Source of the DNA: the human T2T-CHM13v2.0 reference genome, Homo sapiens
Assembly: GCF_009914755.1 (NCBI RefSeq)
Contig: NC_060939.1
DNA length: 64,000 nucleotides
Strand: one strand, 5' to 3'
Shown: piece after piece, positions 14,201 through 25,900 of the stretch
How the letters are laid out: each line of letters begins with the position of its first letter
How positions within the stretch are numbered: the stretch's first letter is position 1
Notes under the pieces: model-generated
Seen by the model: the letters and a program-made list of their open reading frames with translations, nothing else
Databases searched by the model: none
What the model was told of the DNA's origin: nothing
Translations under genes and position numbers: made by a program

Positions 14201-17200
14201 TGAGATGAATGCACACATCACAAAGAAGTTTCTCAGATTGCTTCTGTCTAGATTTTATGCAAAGATATTTCCTTTTCTACCATAGGCAGCAAAGCGCTCC
14301 AAATGTCCACTTACAGATTCTACAAAAAGAGTGTTTCCAAACTGCTCAATCAAAAGAAAGGTTCAACTCTGTGAGATGAACGCACCCATCACAAAGAAGT
14401 TTCTCACAATTCTTCTGTCTAGTTTTTATGCGAAGATGTTTCCTTTTCCACCATAGGCAACAAAGTGCGCCAAATGTCCACTTGCAGATTCCAGCAAAAG
14501 AGAGATTCAAAACTGCTCAATCAAAAGAAAGATTTAACTCTTTGAGATGAATGCACATATCACAAAATAGTTTCTCATATTGCTTCTGTCTAGATTTCAT
14601 GTGAAGATGTTACCTTTTCTACCACAGGCCACAAAGCGCTCCAAATGTGCACTTGCATATTTTACAAAAAGAGTGATTCCAAACTTATCAATCAAAAAAA
14701 ATGTTCAAATCTGTGAGATGAATGCACGCACAACAAAGAAGTTCTCGGAATTCTTCCATCCAGTTTTTGTGTGAAATTATTACCTTTTCCACCACAGGCC
14801 TCAAAGCGCTACAAATGTACACTTGCAGATTCTACAAAAGGGAGTTTCTAAACTGCTCAATGAAAAGGAAGTTTTAACTCTGTGAGATGAATGCACATAT
14901 CACAAAGAAGTTTCTGAGGCTGCTTCTGTCTAGGTTTCATGTGAAAATACTTCCTTTTGTACCATAGGTCACTGAGCACTCCAAATGTGCACTTGCAGAT
15001 TCTACCAGAAGTGTGTTTACAAATTGCTCAATCAAATGAAAGGTTCAACTCTGTGAGATGAATGCACACATCACAAAAAAGTTTCTCAGAATTCTTCTAT
15101 ATAGTTTTTATGTGAAAATATTTCCTTTTCCACCATAGGCATCAAAGAGCTCCAAATGTTGACTTGCAGATTCCACAAAAAGAGAGTTTAAAAACTGCTC
15201 AATCAAAAGAAAGGTTAAAGACAGTGAGATGAATGTACACAACACAAAGAAGTTTCTCAGATTACTTTTGTCTATATTTTATGTGAAGTTATTTCCTTTT
15301 ATACCATATACCACAAAGCGCTCCAAATGTCCAATTGCAGATTCTACAAAAAGAGTGATTCCAAACTGTTCAATCAAAGGAAAGGTTCAAATCTGTGAGA
15401 TGAAGGCACACACCACAGAGACGTTTCTCAGAATTCTTCCATCTAGTTTTTATGTGAAGATATTACTTTTTCCACCATAGGCCTCAAAGCGCTCCAAATG
15501 TACACTTGCACATTCTACAAAAAGAGAGTTTCAAAACTGCTCTATCAAAAGAAGCATTTCAGTCTGTGAGATGAATGTATACATTACAAAGAAGTTTTCC
15601 AGATTGCTTCTACCTAGATTTTATGTGAACATATTTCCTTTTCAACCATACACTGCAAAGCGGTCCAAATGTCCACTTGCAGATTGTATAAAAAGAGTGT
15701 TTCCAAACTGCTCAATCAAAAGAAAGTTTGAACTCTGTGAGATGAACGGACACATCACAAAGAAGTTTCTCAGAAATCTTCTATCTGGTTTTTATATGAA
15801 GATATTTGCTTTTCTACCATAGGCCACAAATAGCTCCAAATGTCCACTTGCAAATTCTACGAAAAGAGAGTTTCAAAACTGCTCAAACAAAAGAAACGTT
15901 TAACTCTGTGAAATAAATGCACACATCACAAAGAAGTTTCTCAGATTGCTTCCGTCTAGATTTTATGTGAAGATATTTCCTTTCCTACCAACGACCGCAT
16001 AGCGCTCCAAATGTCCACTTGGAGATTCTTCAAAAAGAGTGTTTCCAAATTGCTTAATCAAAAGAAAGGTTCAACTCGGTGAGATGAACGCACACATCAC
16101 AAAAAAGTTTCTCAGAATTCTTCTGTCTAGTTTTTATGTGAAGATATTTCATTTTCCAGTATAAGTTTCAAGGCGCTCGAAATATCCACTTGCAGATTAC
16201 ACAAAAAGTATATTTCAAAATTGGTCCATCAAAAGAAAGGTTCAACTCTGGGAGATAAATGCACTCATAGCAAATAAGTTTCTCAGAATGCTTCTATCTA
16301 GTTTTTATGTGAACACATTTCCTTTTCCACCATTGCCCTCAAATCCCTCCAAATGTCCACTTGCAGATTCTACAAAAGAGAGTTTCAAAACTGCTCAATC
16401 AAAAGAAAGGGTTAACTCTCAGAGGAATGCAGACATCACAATGAATTTTCTCAGATTGCTTCTTTCTAGATTTTATGTGAAGATATTTCCGTTTCTACCA
16501 TAGGCTGCAAAGCACTCCAGTGTCCACATGCAGAGTCTACCAAAAGGGTGTTTCCAAACTGCTTAATCAAAAGAAAGGTTCAACTCTGAGAGATGAGTGC
16601 ACACATCATGAAGAAGTTTCTCTGAATTCTTCTATCTAGTTTTTATGTGAAGACATTTCTTTTTAGACCGTAGACCTCAAAGGGCTCCAAATGTCCAATT
16701 GCAGATTCTACAAAAAGAGAGTTTCAAAACTTCTGAGTCAAAACAAAGGTTTAAGTTTGTGAGATGTATGCACATGTCACAAAGAAGTTTCTCAGATTTC
16801 TTCTGTCTAGATTTTATGTAAAGATATTTCCTTTTCTACCATAGGCCTCAAAGCGCTCCAGATGCCCACCTGCAGATTCTACAAAAAGTGTGCTTCCAAA
16901 CTGCTCGATCAAAAGAAAGGTTCAGGTATGCGAGATGAACGCAAACATCACAAAGAAGTTTCTCAGAATAATTTTGTCTAGTTTTTGTGAAGTTATTTCC
17001 TTTTCCACCACAGACCTAAAAGTGCTACAAATGTCCAATTGCAGATTATGCAAAAAGAGAGTTTCAAAACTGCTCAATCAAAAGAAAGTTTAACTCTGTG
17101 ATATGAAAGCACACATCACAAAGTAGTTTCTCAGATTGCTTCTATCTAGATTTTATGTGAAGATATTTCCTTTTCTACCATAGGCCGCAAAGTGCTCCAA

Positions 17201-20200
17201 ATTCCCACTTACAGATTCTACAAAAAGATTGTTTCCAAAATGTTCAATCACAAAAAAATGTTCAGCTCTGTGAGATGAAAGCACAAATCAAAAAGAAGTT
17301 TCAGAGAATTCTTCTGTCTAGTTTTTATGTGAAAATATTTCCTTTTCCTTCACAGGACACAAAGCACTCCAAATATCCAATTCTAGATTATACAAAAAGA
17401 GAGTTTCAAAACTGCTCAAACAAAAGAGAGTTTTAACTCTGTGAGATGAATGCACACATCCAAAGAAGTTTCTCAGATTGCTTCTGTCTAGATTTTAAGT
17501 GAAGATATTTCCTTTTCTACCATAGGCCTCAAAGCGCTCCAAATGTCCACTTGCAGATTCTTCAAAAAGAGTGTTTCCAAATTGCTCAATCAAAAGAAAG
17601 GTTCAACTCTGTGAGGTGAACGCACACATCCCAAAGAAGTTTCTCAGAATTCTTCTGTCTAGTTTGTATGTGAAGATATTTCATTTTCCACCACAGGCCT
17701 CAAGGAGCTCAAAATATCCACTTGCAGATTCCACAAAAAGACTATTTCAAAACTGGTCCATCAAAAGGAAGTGTCAAATCTGGGAGATGAATGCACACAT
17801 CACAAAGAAGTTTCTCAGAATGGTTTTATCTAATTTTTATATGAAGATATTTCCTTTTCCACCAAAGGCTTCAAAGCACTCCAAATATCCATTGTAGATT
17901 CTATAAAAAGAGATTTCAAAACTGCTCAATCAAAAGACAGGTTTAACTCTGTGAGATGAATGCACATATCACAAATAAGTTTCGGAGATTGCTTCTGTCT
18001 AGATTTTATCTGAAGATATTTCATTTCTACTGTAGGCCTCAAAGCATTCCAACTTCCCACTTGCAGATTCCACAAAGAGTGTTTCCAAACTGCTCAATCA
18101 AAAGAAAGTTCAACGCTGTGTGATGAATGCACACATCACAAAATATTTTCTCAGAATTCTTCTGTCTAGTTTTTTGTGAAGATATTTCCTTTACCACCAT
18201 AGGCCTCAAAGTGCTCCAAATGTCAACTTGAAGATCCTACAAAAAGACTGTTTCCAAACTACTCAATCAAAAGAAAGTTTCAACTCTGTGAGATGAAAGT
18301 ACAAATCACAAAGAAGTTTCACAGAATTCTTCTATCTACCTTTTATGGGAAGATATTTCCTTTTCCACCATAGGCCTCAAAGCACTCAAAATGTCCACTT
18401 GCAGATTCTACGAAAAGAGAGTTTCAAAATTGCTCAATCAAAAGTAAGTTTTAACTCTGTGAGGTGAATGCACACATAACAAAGAAGTTTATCGGATTGC
18501 TTCTGTATAGATTTTATTTGAATATATTTCCTTTTCTACCCTAAAGCACCCCAAATGTCCACTTGCAGGTTCTACAAAAAGAGTGTTTCCAAAATGCTCA
18601 ATCAAAAGAAAGGTTCAACTCTGTGACAGGAATACACGCATCACAAAGAAGTTTCTCAGAATTCTTCTGTCTCGTTTTTATGTGTAGATATTTCCTTTTG
18701 CACCATAGGACTCAAAGGGCTCCAGTGGTCCCCATGCAGATTCTACAAAAAAAGAGTTTCAAACTTCTCAATAAAAAGAAAGGTTTAACTCTGAGAGATG
18801 AATGCACACATCACAAAGAAGTTTCTCAGACTCTTTCTCTCTAGATTGTATGTGAAGATATTTCCCTTTCTACCATAGGCCGCATTGCGCTCCGTATGTC
18901 TACTTGCAGATCCTACAAAAAGAGGGTTTCCGAACTGCTCAATCTAAAGTATGGTTCAACTCTATGAGATGAACGCACACATCACAAAGAAGTTTCTCAG
19001 AATTCTTCTATCTAGTTTTTATGGGAAGATATTTCCTTTTCCACCATAGGCCACCTAGTGCCCCAAATGTCTACTTGCAGATTCTACAAAAAGAGAGTTT
19101 CAAAACTGCTCAATCAAAAGCAAGTGTTAACTCTGTGAGATGAATGCACACATAAAAAAGAAGTTTCTCAGATTACTTCTGTCTAGATTTTATGTGAAGA
19201 TATTTCCTTTTCTACCATAGGCCGCAAAGCACTCCAAATGTCCTCTTGCAGATTCTACAAAAAGAGTGTTTCCAAACTGCTCAATCAAAAGAAAGGTTCA
19301 ACTCTGTAAGATGAACGCACGCTTCACAAAGAAGTTTCTCAGAATTCTTCTGTCTAGTTTTCATGTGAAAATACTTCCTTTTCCACCATAGGGCTCAAGG
19401 CGCTTGAAATGTCCACTTGCAGGTTCTACAAAAAGCATATTTCAAAACTCGTCTTTCAAAAGAAAGGTTCAACTCTAGGAGATGAAAAAACACATTGCAA
19501 AGAAGTTTTTCAGAATGTTCCTATCTAGTATTTATGTGAAGATATTTCCTTTTCCACCATAGGCATCAAAGTGCTCCAAATGTCCACTTGCAACTTCTAC
19601 TAAAGGAGGGTTTCAAAACTACTCAATCAAAAGAATGTTTTAACTGTGTGAGATGAATGCACACATCATAAAGAAGTATCTCAGATTGTTTCTTTCTAGA
19701 TTTTATGTGAAAATATTTCCTTTTCTAACTTAGGCCGCAAAGTCCTCCAAATGTCCACTTGCAGATTCTACAAAAAGAGTGTTTCCAAATGGCTCAATCA
19801 AAAGAAACATTCACCTCTGTGAGATGAACGCACACATCACAAAGATGTTTCTCAGAGTTCTTCTATCTAGTTTTTATGTGAAGATATTTCCTTTTCCACC
19901 ATTGTCCTCAAAGCACTCCAAATGTCCACTTGCAGACTCTACAAAAAGAGAGTTTCAAAAGTGCTCAATCAAATCAAAGGTTTAACTCTGTGAGATGAAT
20001 GCTCACATCACAAAGAAGTTTCTCAGATTGCTTCTGTCTAGATTTTATATGACAATATTTCCTTGTCTACCATAGTCCGCAGAGAGCACAAAATGTCCTC
20101 TTGCAGATTCTACTAAAAGAGTCTTTCCAAACTGTTCAACCAAAGGAAAGGTTAAACTATGTGAAATGAATGCTCACATCACTAAGAAGTTTCTAAGATT

Positions 20201-21617
20201 GCTTCTGTCTACATTTTATGTGAAGATATTTCTTTTTCTACCAAAGGCGTCAAAGTGCACAAAATAGCCACTTGCAGATTCTGCAAAAAGAGTGTTTCAA
20301 AACTGCTCAATCAAAAGAAAGGTTCAGCTCCGTGAGAAGAACGCACACATCACATTGTAGATCCACAAAATTCTTCTGTCTGGTTTTTATATAAACATAT
20401 TTTGTTTTCCACCATAGGCTTCAAAGTGTTCCAAATGTCCACTTGCAGACTCTACAAAAAGAGAGACTCAAAACTGATCAATCAAATAAAGGTTTAATTT
20501 TGGGATGTGCATGCACACATCACAAAGAAGTTTCTCAGATTGCTTCTGTCTACATTTTAGGTGAAGATATTTCCTTTTCTACCAGAGGAAGCAAAGCGTT
20601 CCAAATGTCCACTTGCAGATTCTACAAAAAAGAGTGTTTCCAAACTGCTCAATCAAAAGAAAGGTTCAATTCTGTGAGATGAATGCACACATCACAATGA
20701 AGTTTCTCAGAATTCTTCTGTCTAGTTTTTATGTGAAGATATTTCCTTTTCCACCATAGACCTCAAACCGCTCCAAGTGTCCACTTGCACATTCTACAAA
20801 AAGAGAGTTTCAAAACTGCCCTATCAAAAAAGAGGTTTAACTCTGTGAGATGAATGCACATAGCACAAAGTAGTTTCTCAGATTGCTTCTGTCTAGATTT
20901 TAAGTGAAGATGTTTCCTTTTTTACCATAGGCAGAAAAGCGTCCCAAATGTCCACTTGCAGATTGTACAAAAAGACTGCTCAATCAAAAGAAAGTTTCAA
21001 CTCTGTGAGATGAAGGCACACATCACAAAGTAGTTTCTCAGAATGTTTCTATCTAGTTTTTATGTGAAGATATTTCCTTTTCCACCATAGGTCTCAAAGC
21101 ACTCCAAATGTACACATGCAGATTTTACAAAAACAGAGTTTCAAAACTGCTCAATCAAAAGAAAGGGTTCACTCTGTCAGATGAATGCACACATCACAAA
21201 GAAGTTTCTCAGATTGCTTCTGTCTACATTTTATGTGAAGATATTTCCTTTTCTACCATAGGCTACAAAGCACTCCAAATGTTCACCTGCAGATTCTACA
21301 AAAAGAGTGTTTCTAAAGTGCTCAATCCAAAGAAAGGTTCAAATATGTGAGATGAACGCACACATCACAAACAAGTTTCTCAGAATGCTTCTATATAGTT
21401 TTTATATGAAGATATTTCCTTTTCTACCATAGGACACAAAGTGCTCTGAATGTCCACCTGAAGATTCTACAAAAACAGTGTTTCCAAACTGCTCAATCAA
21501 AAGAAAGATTCAAATCTGTAAGATGAATGCACAGGTCCTGAACAAGTTTCACAGAATTCTTCTGTCTAGTTTTTATGTGAAAATATTTCCTTTTCCACCT
21601 TAGGCCTCAAATTGCTC

Positions 21618-21618
<1 letters not shown>
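11201..21618 (-). repeat. Alpha satellite, dimeric domain (type B, ~342-bp X/Y alternation)
   Basis: 171-bp period (14259, 14430, 14601). Monomers alternate between GAATTCTTCTGTCTAGTTTT..TTCCACC (X) and GATTGCTTCTGTCTAGATTT..TTCTACC (Y). AATGTCCAC replaces AATATCCAC. Confidence 0.92.
13485..13513 (+). repeat. Interrupted poly(A) tract A14-GACATT-A9 inside an alpha monomer
   Basis: Read directly. Paralogous to the tract at 21619-21682. Confidence 0.9.
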
Positions 21619-21664
<46 letters not shown>

Positions 21665-21682
21665 AGACATTAAAAAAAAAAA
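21619..21682 (+). repeat. Interrupted poly(A) tract A45-CAGACATT-A11 at the type B/type A junction
   Basis: Read directly. Type-B monomers lie upstream and type-A monomers downstream. Confidence 0.9.
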
Positions 21683-22920
21683 GATAGGTTCAACTCTGTG
21701 AGTTGAATGCACACATCACAAAGAAGTTTCTCCGAATGATCCTATGTAGTTTTTATGTGAAGATATTACCTTTTCAACAATAGGCTTCAAATCCCTACAA
21801 ATACCCCCTTGCAGATTCTACAAAAAGAGTGTTTCAAAACTACACAATCAAAAGAAAGTTTCAACTCTGGAAGATGAATGCACACATCAAAATGAAGTTT
21901 CTCAGAATGCTTCTATGTAGTTTTTATGTGAAGATATTTGGTTTTCCACAGTAGGCCTCAAGGCGCTCCAAATATCCACTTGCAGTTTCTACAAAAACAG
22001 AGTATCAAAACTGCTCAATCTAAAGAAAGGATCAACAAAGTGAGATGCATGCATACATCACAAAGAAGTTTCTCAGAATTCTTCTGTGTAGTTTTTGTGT
22101 GAAGATATTTCCTTTTCTACCATAGGCCTCAAAGAGCCCCAAGAATCCAACTTCAGATTCTACAATAAGAGTGTTTCAAAACCGCTCAATCATAACGTAG
22201 TTTCAACCCTGTGAGATGAATGCACACATCACAAATGTTTCTCAGAATGCTTCTGTGTAATTTTTATTTGAAGATATTTCCTTTTCCAATATTGGCTGCC
22301 AAGGTTTCCAAATATCCACTTTCAGATTCTACAAACAGAGAGATTCAAAACTACTCAATCAAAAGATAGGTTCAACTCTGTGAGGTGAATGCACACATCA
22401 CAAAGAAGTTTCTCAGAATGTTTCTGTGTAGTTTTTATGTGAAGATATTTCATTTTCCACAATAGGCCTCAAATCACTCCAAATATCCACTTTCAGATTC
22501 TACAGAAAGCGTGTTTCAAAAACGCTCAATCAAAAGAAAGATTCAACTCTGTGAGATGAATGCACACATCACCAAGAAGTTTCTCGGAATGCTTCTGTGT
22601 AGTTTTTATGTGAAGATATTTGCTTTTCCACAGTCAGCCTGAGAACGCTCCCTGTATCCACTTGTAGATCTCACAAAAGCAGTGTTTCAAAAGTACTCAA
22701 TCAAAAGAAAGGATCAACCATGTCAGATGAAGACACTCATGACAAAGAAGGTTCTCAGAATGCTTCTGCATAGTTTTTATGTGAAGATATTTCCTTTTCC
22801 ACAATAGGCCTCAAATCGCTGCAAATATCCACTTGCAGATTCCACAAAAAGAGTGTTTCAAAACTGCTCAATCAAAAGAACGTTTCAATTCTGTGAGATG
22901 AGTGCACACATCACAAAGAA
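21683..22920 (-). repeat. Alpha satellite, ~7-monomer island of type A
   Basis: Returns to CTGTGTAG/AATATCCAC/AAGATAGGTTC monomers until CTGTCTAG reappears at ~22937. Confidence 0.85.
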
Positions 22921-25900
22921 GTTTCTCAGAATGCATCTGTCTAGTTATTATATGAAGATATTTTGTTATCCACCAAAGGCCTCAAAGCGCTTCTAAGGTC
23001 CACTTGCAGATTCCACAAAAAGAGTGTTACAAAACTGCTCAACGCAAAGTAAGTTTCAACTCAGTGGGATGAATACACACATCACAAAGCCATTTGTCAG
23101 AACTTTTCTGTCTGGTTTTTATGTGAAGATATTTCCTTTTCCACCATAGGCCTCAAAGCGCTTCAAATGTCCACTTGCAGATTCTACAAAAAGAGAGTTT
23201 CAAAACTGCTTAATCAAAAGAAAGGTTTAACTTTGTGAGATGAATGCACACATCATAAAAAAGTTGCTCAGTTTTCTTCTGTCTAGATTTTATGTGAAGA
23301 TATTTCCTTTTCTTCCATAGGCCACAAAGCACTCCAAATGTCCACTTGCAGATTCTACAAAAATAGTGTTTCCAAACTGCTCAATCAAAAAGAATTGTTC
23401 TACTCTGTGAGATGAACACACACATCACAAAAATGTTTGTCAGAATACTTCTGTCTAGTTTTTATGTGAAGATATTTCCTTTTCCACCATAAGCCTCAAA
23501 GCGCTCCAATGTCCACTTGCAGATTCTACAAAAAGAGAGTTTCAAAACTGCTCTATCAAAAGAAAGATTTAACTCTGTGACATGAATGCAGACATCACAA
23601 AGAAGTTTCTCAGTTGCTTCTGCCTCGATTTTATTGGAAGATATTTCCTTTACTAAAATAGGCCGCAAAGCGCTCCAAATGTCCACTTGCAGATTCTACA
23701 CAAAGAATATTTCCAAAATGCTCAATCAAAAGAAAAGTTCAACTTTATGAGATGAATGAACACATCACAAAGATGTTTCTCACAATTCTTCTGTCTAGTT
23801 TTTATGTGAAGATATTTCCTTTTCCACTGTAGGCTTCAAAGAGCTCCAAATATCCACTTGCAGATTCTACAAAAAGTGTGTTTCAAAACTGCTCAATCAA
23901 AAGAAATGTTCAACTCTGTGAAATGAATGAACACATCACAAAGAAGTTTCTCAGATTGCTTCTGTCTAGATTTTATGTGAAGATATTTACTTTTCTAACA
24001 TAGGCCACAAAGCACTCCAAGTGTCAACTTGCAGACTTTACAAAAAGAGTGTTTTCAAACTGCTCAATCAAAAATAGTTCAACTCTGTGAGATGAACGTA
24101 TGCATCACAAAAAAGTTTCTCAGAATTCTTCTGTCTAGTTTTAATGTGAAGATATTTCATTTTCCACCATAGGCCTCAAAGCGCTCCAAATGTACAATTG
24201 CAGATTCTACAAAATGAGTGTTTCCAAATTGCTCAGTCAAAAGAAAGTTTTAACACTGTGAAATGAATGCACACATCACAAAGAAGTTTATCAGACTGCT
24301 TTTGTCTACATTTTATGTGAAAATATTCCCTTTTCTAAAATGGGCCAAAAAGCCCTCCAAATGTCCACTTTCAGATTCCACAAAAAGAGTGTTTCAAAAC
24401 TCCTCAATTAAATGTAAGATTCAATTCTGTGAGATGAATGAACACTTCACAAAGAAGCTTCTCAGAAATCTTCTGTCTAGTTTTTATGTGAAGATACTTC
24501 CTTTTCCACCATAAGCCTCAAGATGCTACAAATGTCCACTTGCAGATTCTACAAAAAGAGAGTTTCAAAACGTCTCAATCATAAGAAAGGCTCAACTCCG
24601 TGAGATGAATGCACACATCAGAAAGAAGTTTCTGATTCCTTCTGTCTAGATTTCGTGGGAAGATATTTTCTTTTCTAACATGGGCCGCAAAGCGATCAAA
24701 ATGTCCACTTGCAGACTCTACTAAAAGAGTGTTTCCAAACTGCTCAATCAAAAGAAAGGTTCAACTCTGTGAGATTAAATCACACATCACAAAGAAGTTT
24801 CTCAGAATTCTTCTGTCTAGTTTTTATGTGAAGATATTTCATTTTTGACCATAGACCTCAAGGCGCTCGAAATGCCCACTTGCAGATACTACAAAAAGAA
24901 TATTTCAAAACTGCTCAATCAAAAGAAAAGTTCAACTCTTGTGAGATTAAATCACACATCACAAAGAAGTTTGTCAGAATTCTTCTATCTAGTTTTTATA
25001 TGAAGATATTACCTTTTCCACCATAGGCCGCAAAGCGCTCCACTACCAAATTCTACAAAAAGAGAGTTTCAAAACTGCTCTATCAAAAGAAAGGTTTATC
25101 TCTGTGAGATGAATGCATACATCACAATGAAGTTTTTTCAGATTTCTTCTGTCTAGATTTTATGTGGAGATATTTCCTTTTCTACCATAGGCCACAAAGC
25201 AGTCCAAATATCCACTTGCAGATTGTACAAAAAGAGTGATTCCAAACTGCTCAATCAAAATAAAGGTTCAACTCTGTGAGATGACTGCACGCATCACAAA
25301 GCAGTTTCTCAGAATTCTTCTGTATAGTTTTTATGTGAAGATATTTCATTTTCGACCATAGGCCTTAAGGCACTCGAAATGCCCACTTGCAGATTCTACA
25401 AAAACAATATTTCAAAACTGGTCCATCAAAAGTAAGGTTCTACTCTGTGAGATGTACACACACATCACAAAGAGGTGTTTCTGAATTTTTCTATCCAGTT
25501 TTTATGTGAAGATATTACCTTTTCTACCATAGGACTCAAGGTGCTCCACTTGCAGATTCTACAGAAAGGGAGTTTCAAAACAGCTCTATCAAAAGAAAGG
25601 TTTAATACTGTGAGATGAATACATGCATCATGGAGAAGTTTATCAGATTATTTCTGTTTAGATTTTGTGTGAAGACATTTCCTTTTTTACCAGAGGCCTC
25701 AAAGTGCTCCAAATATCCACTTGCAGATTCTACAAAAAGAGTGTTTCCAAATAGCTCTATCAAAAGAAAAGTTCAACTCTCTGAGATGAATGCACACATC
25801 ACAAAGAATTTTCTCAGAATTCTCTGTCTAGTTTTTATGTTCCTTTTCCACCATTGGCCTCAAAGCGCTACAAATGTCCACTTGAAGATTCTGCAAAAAC

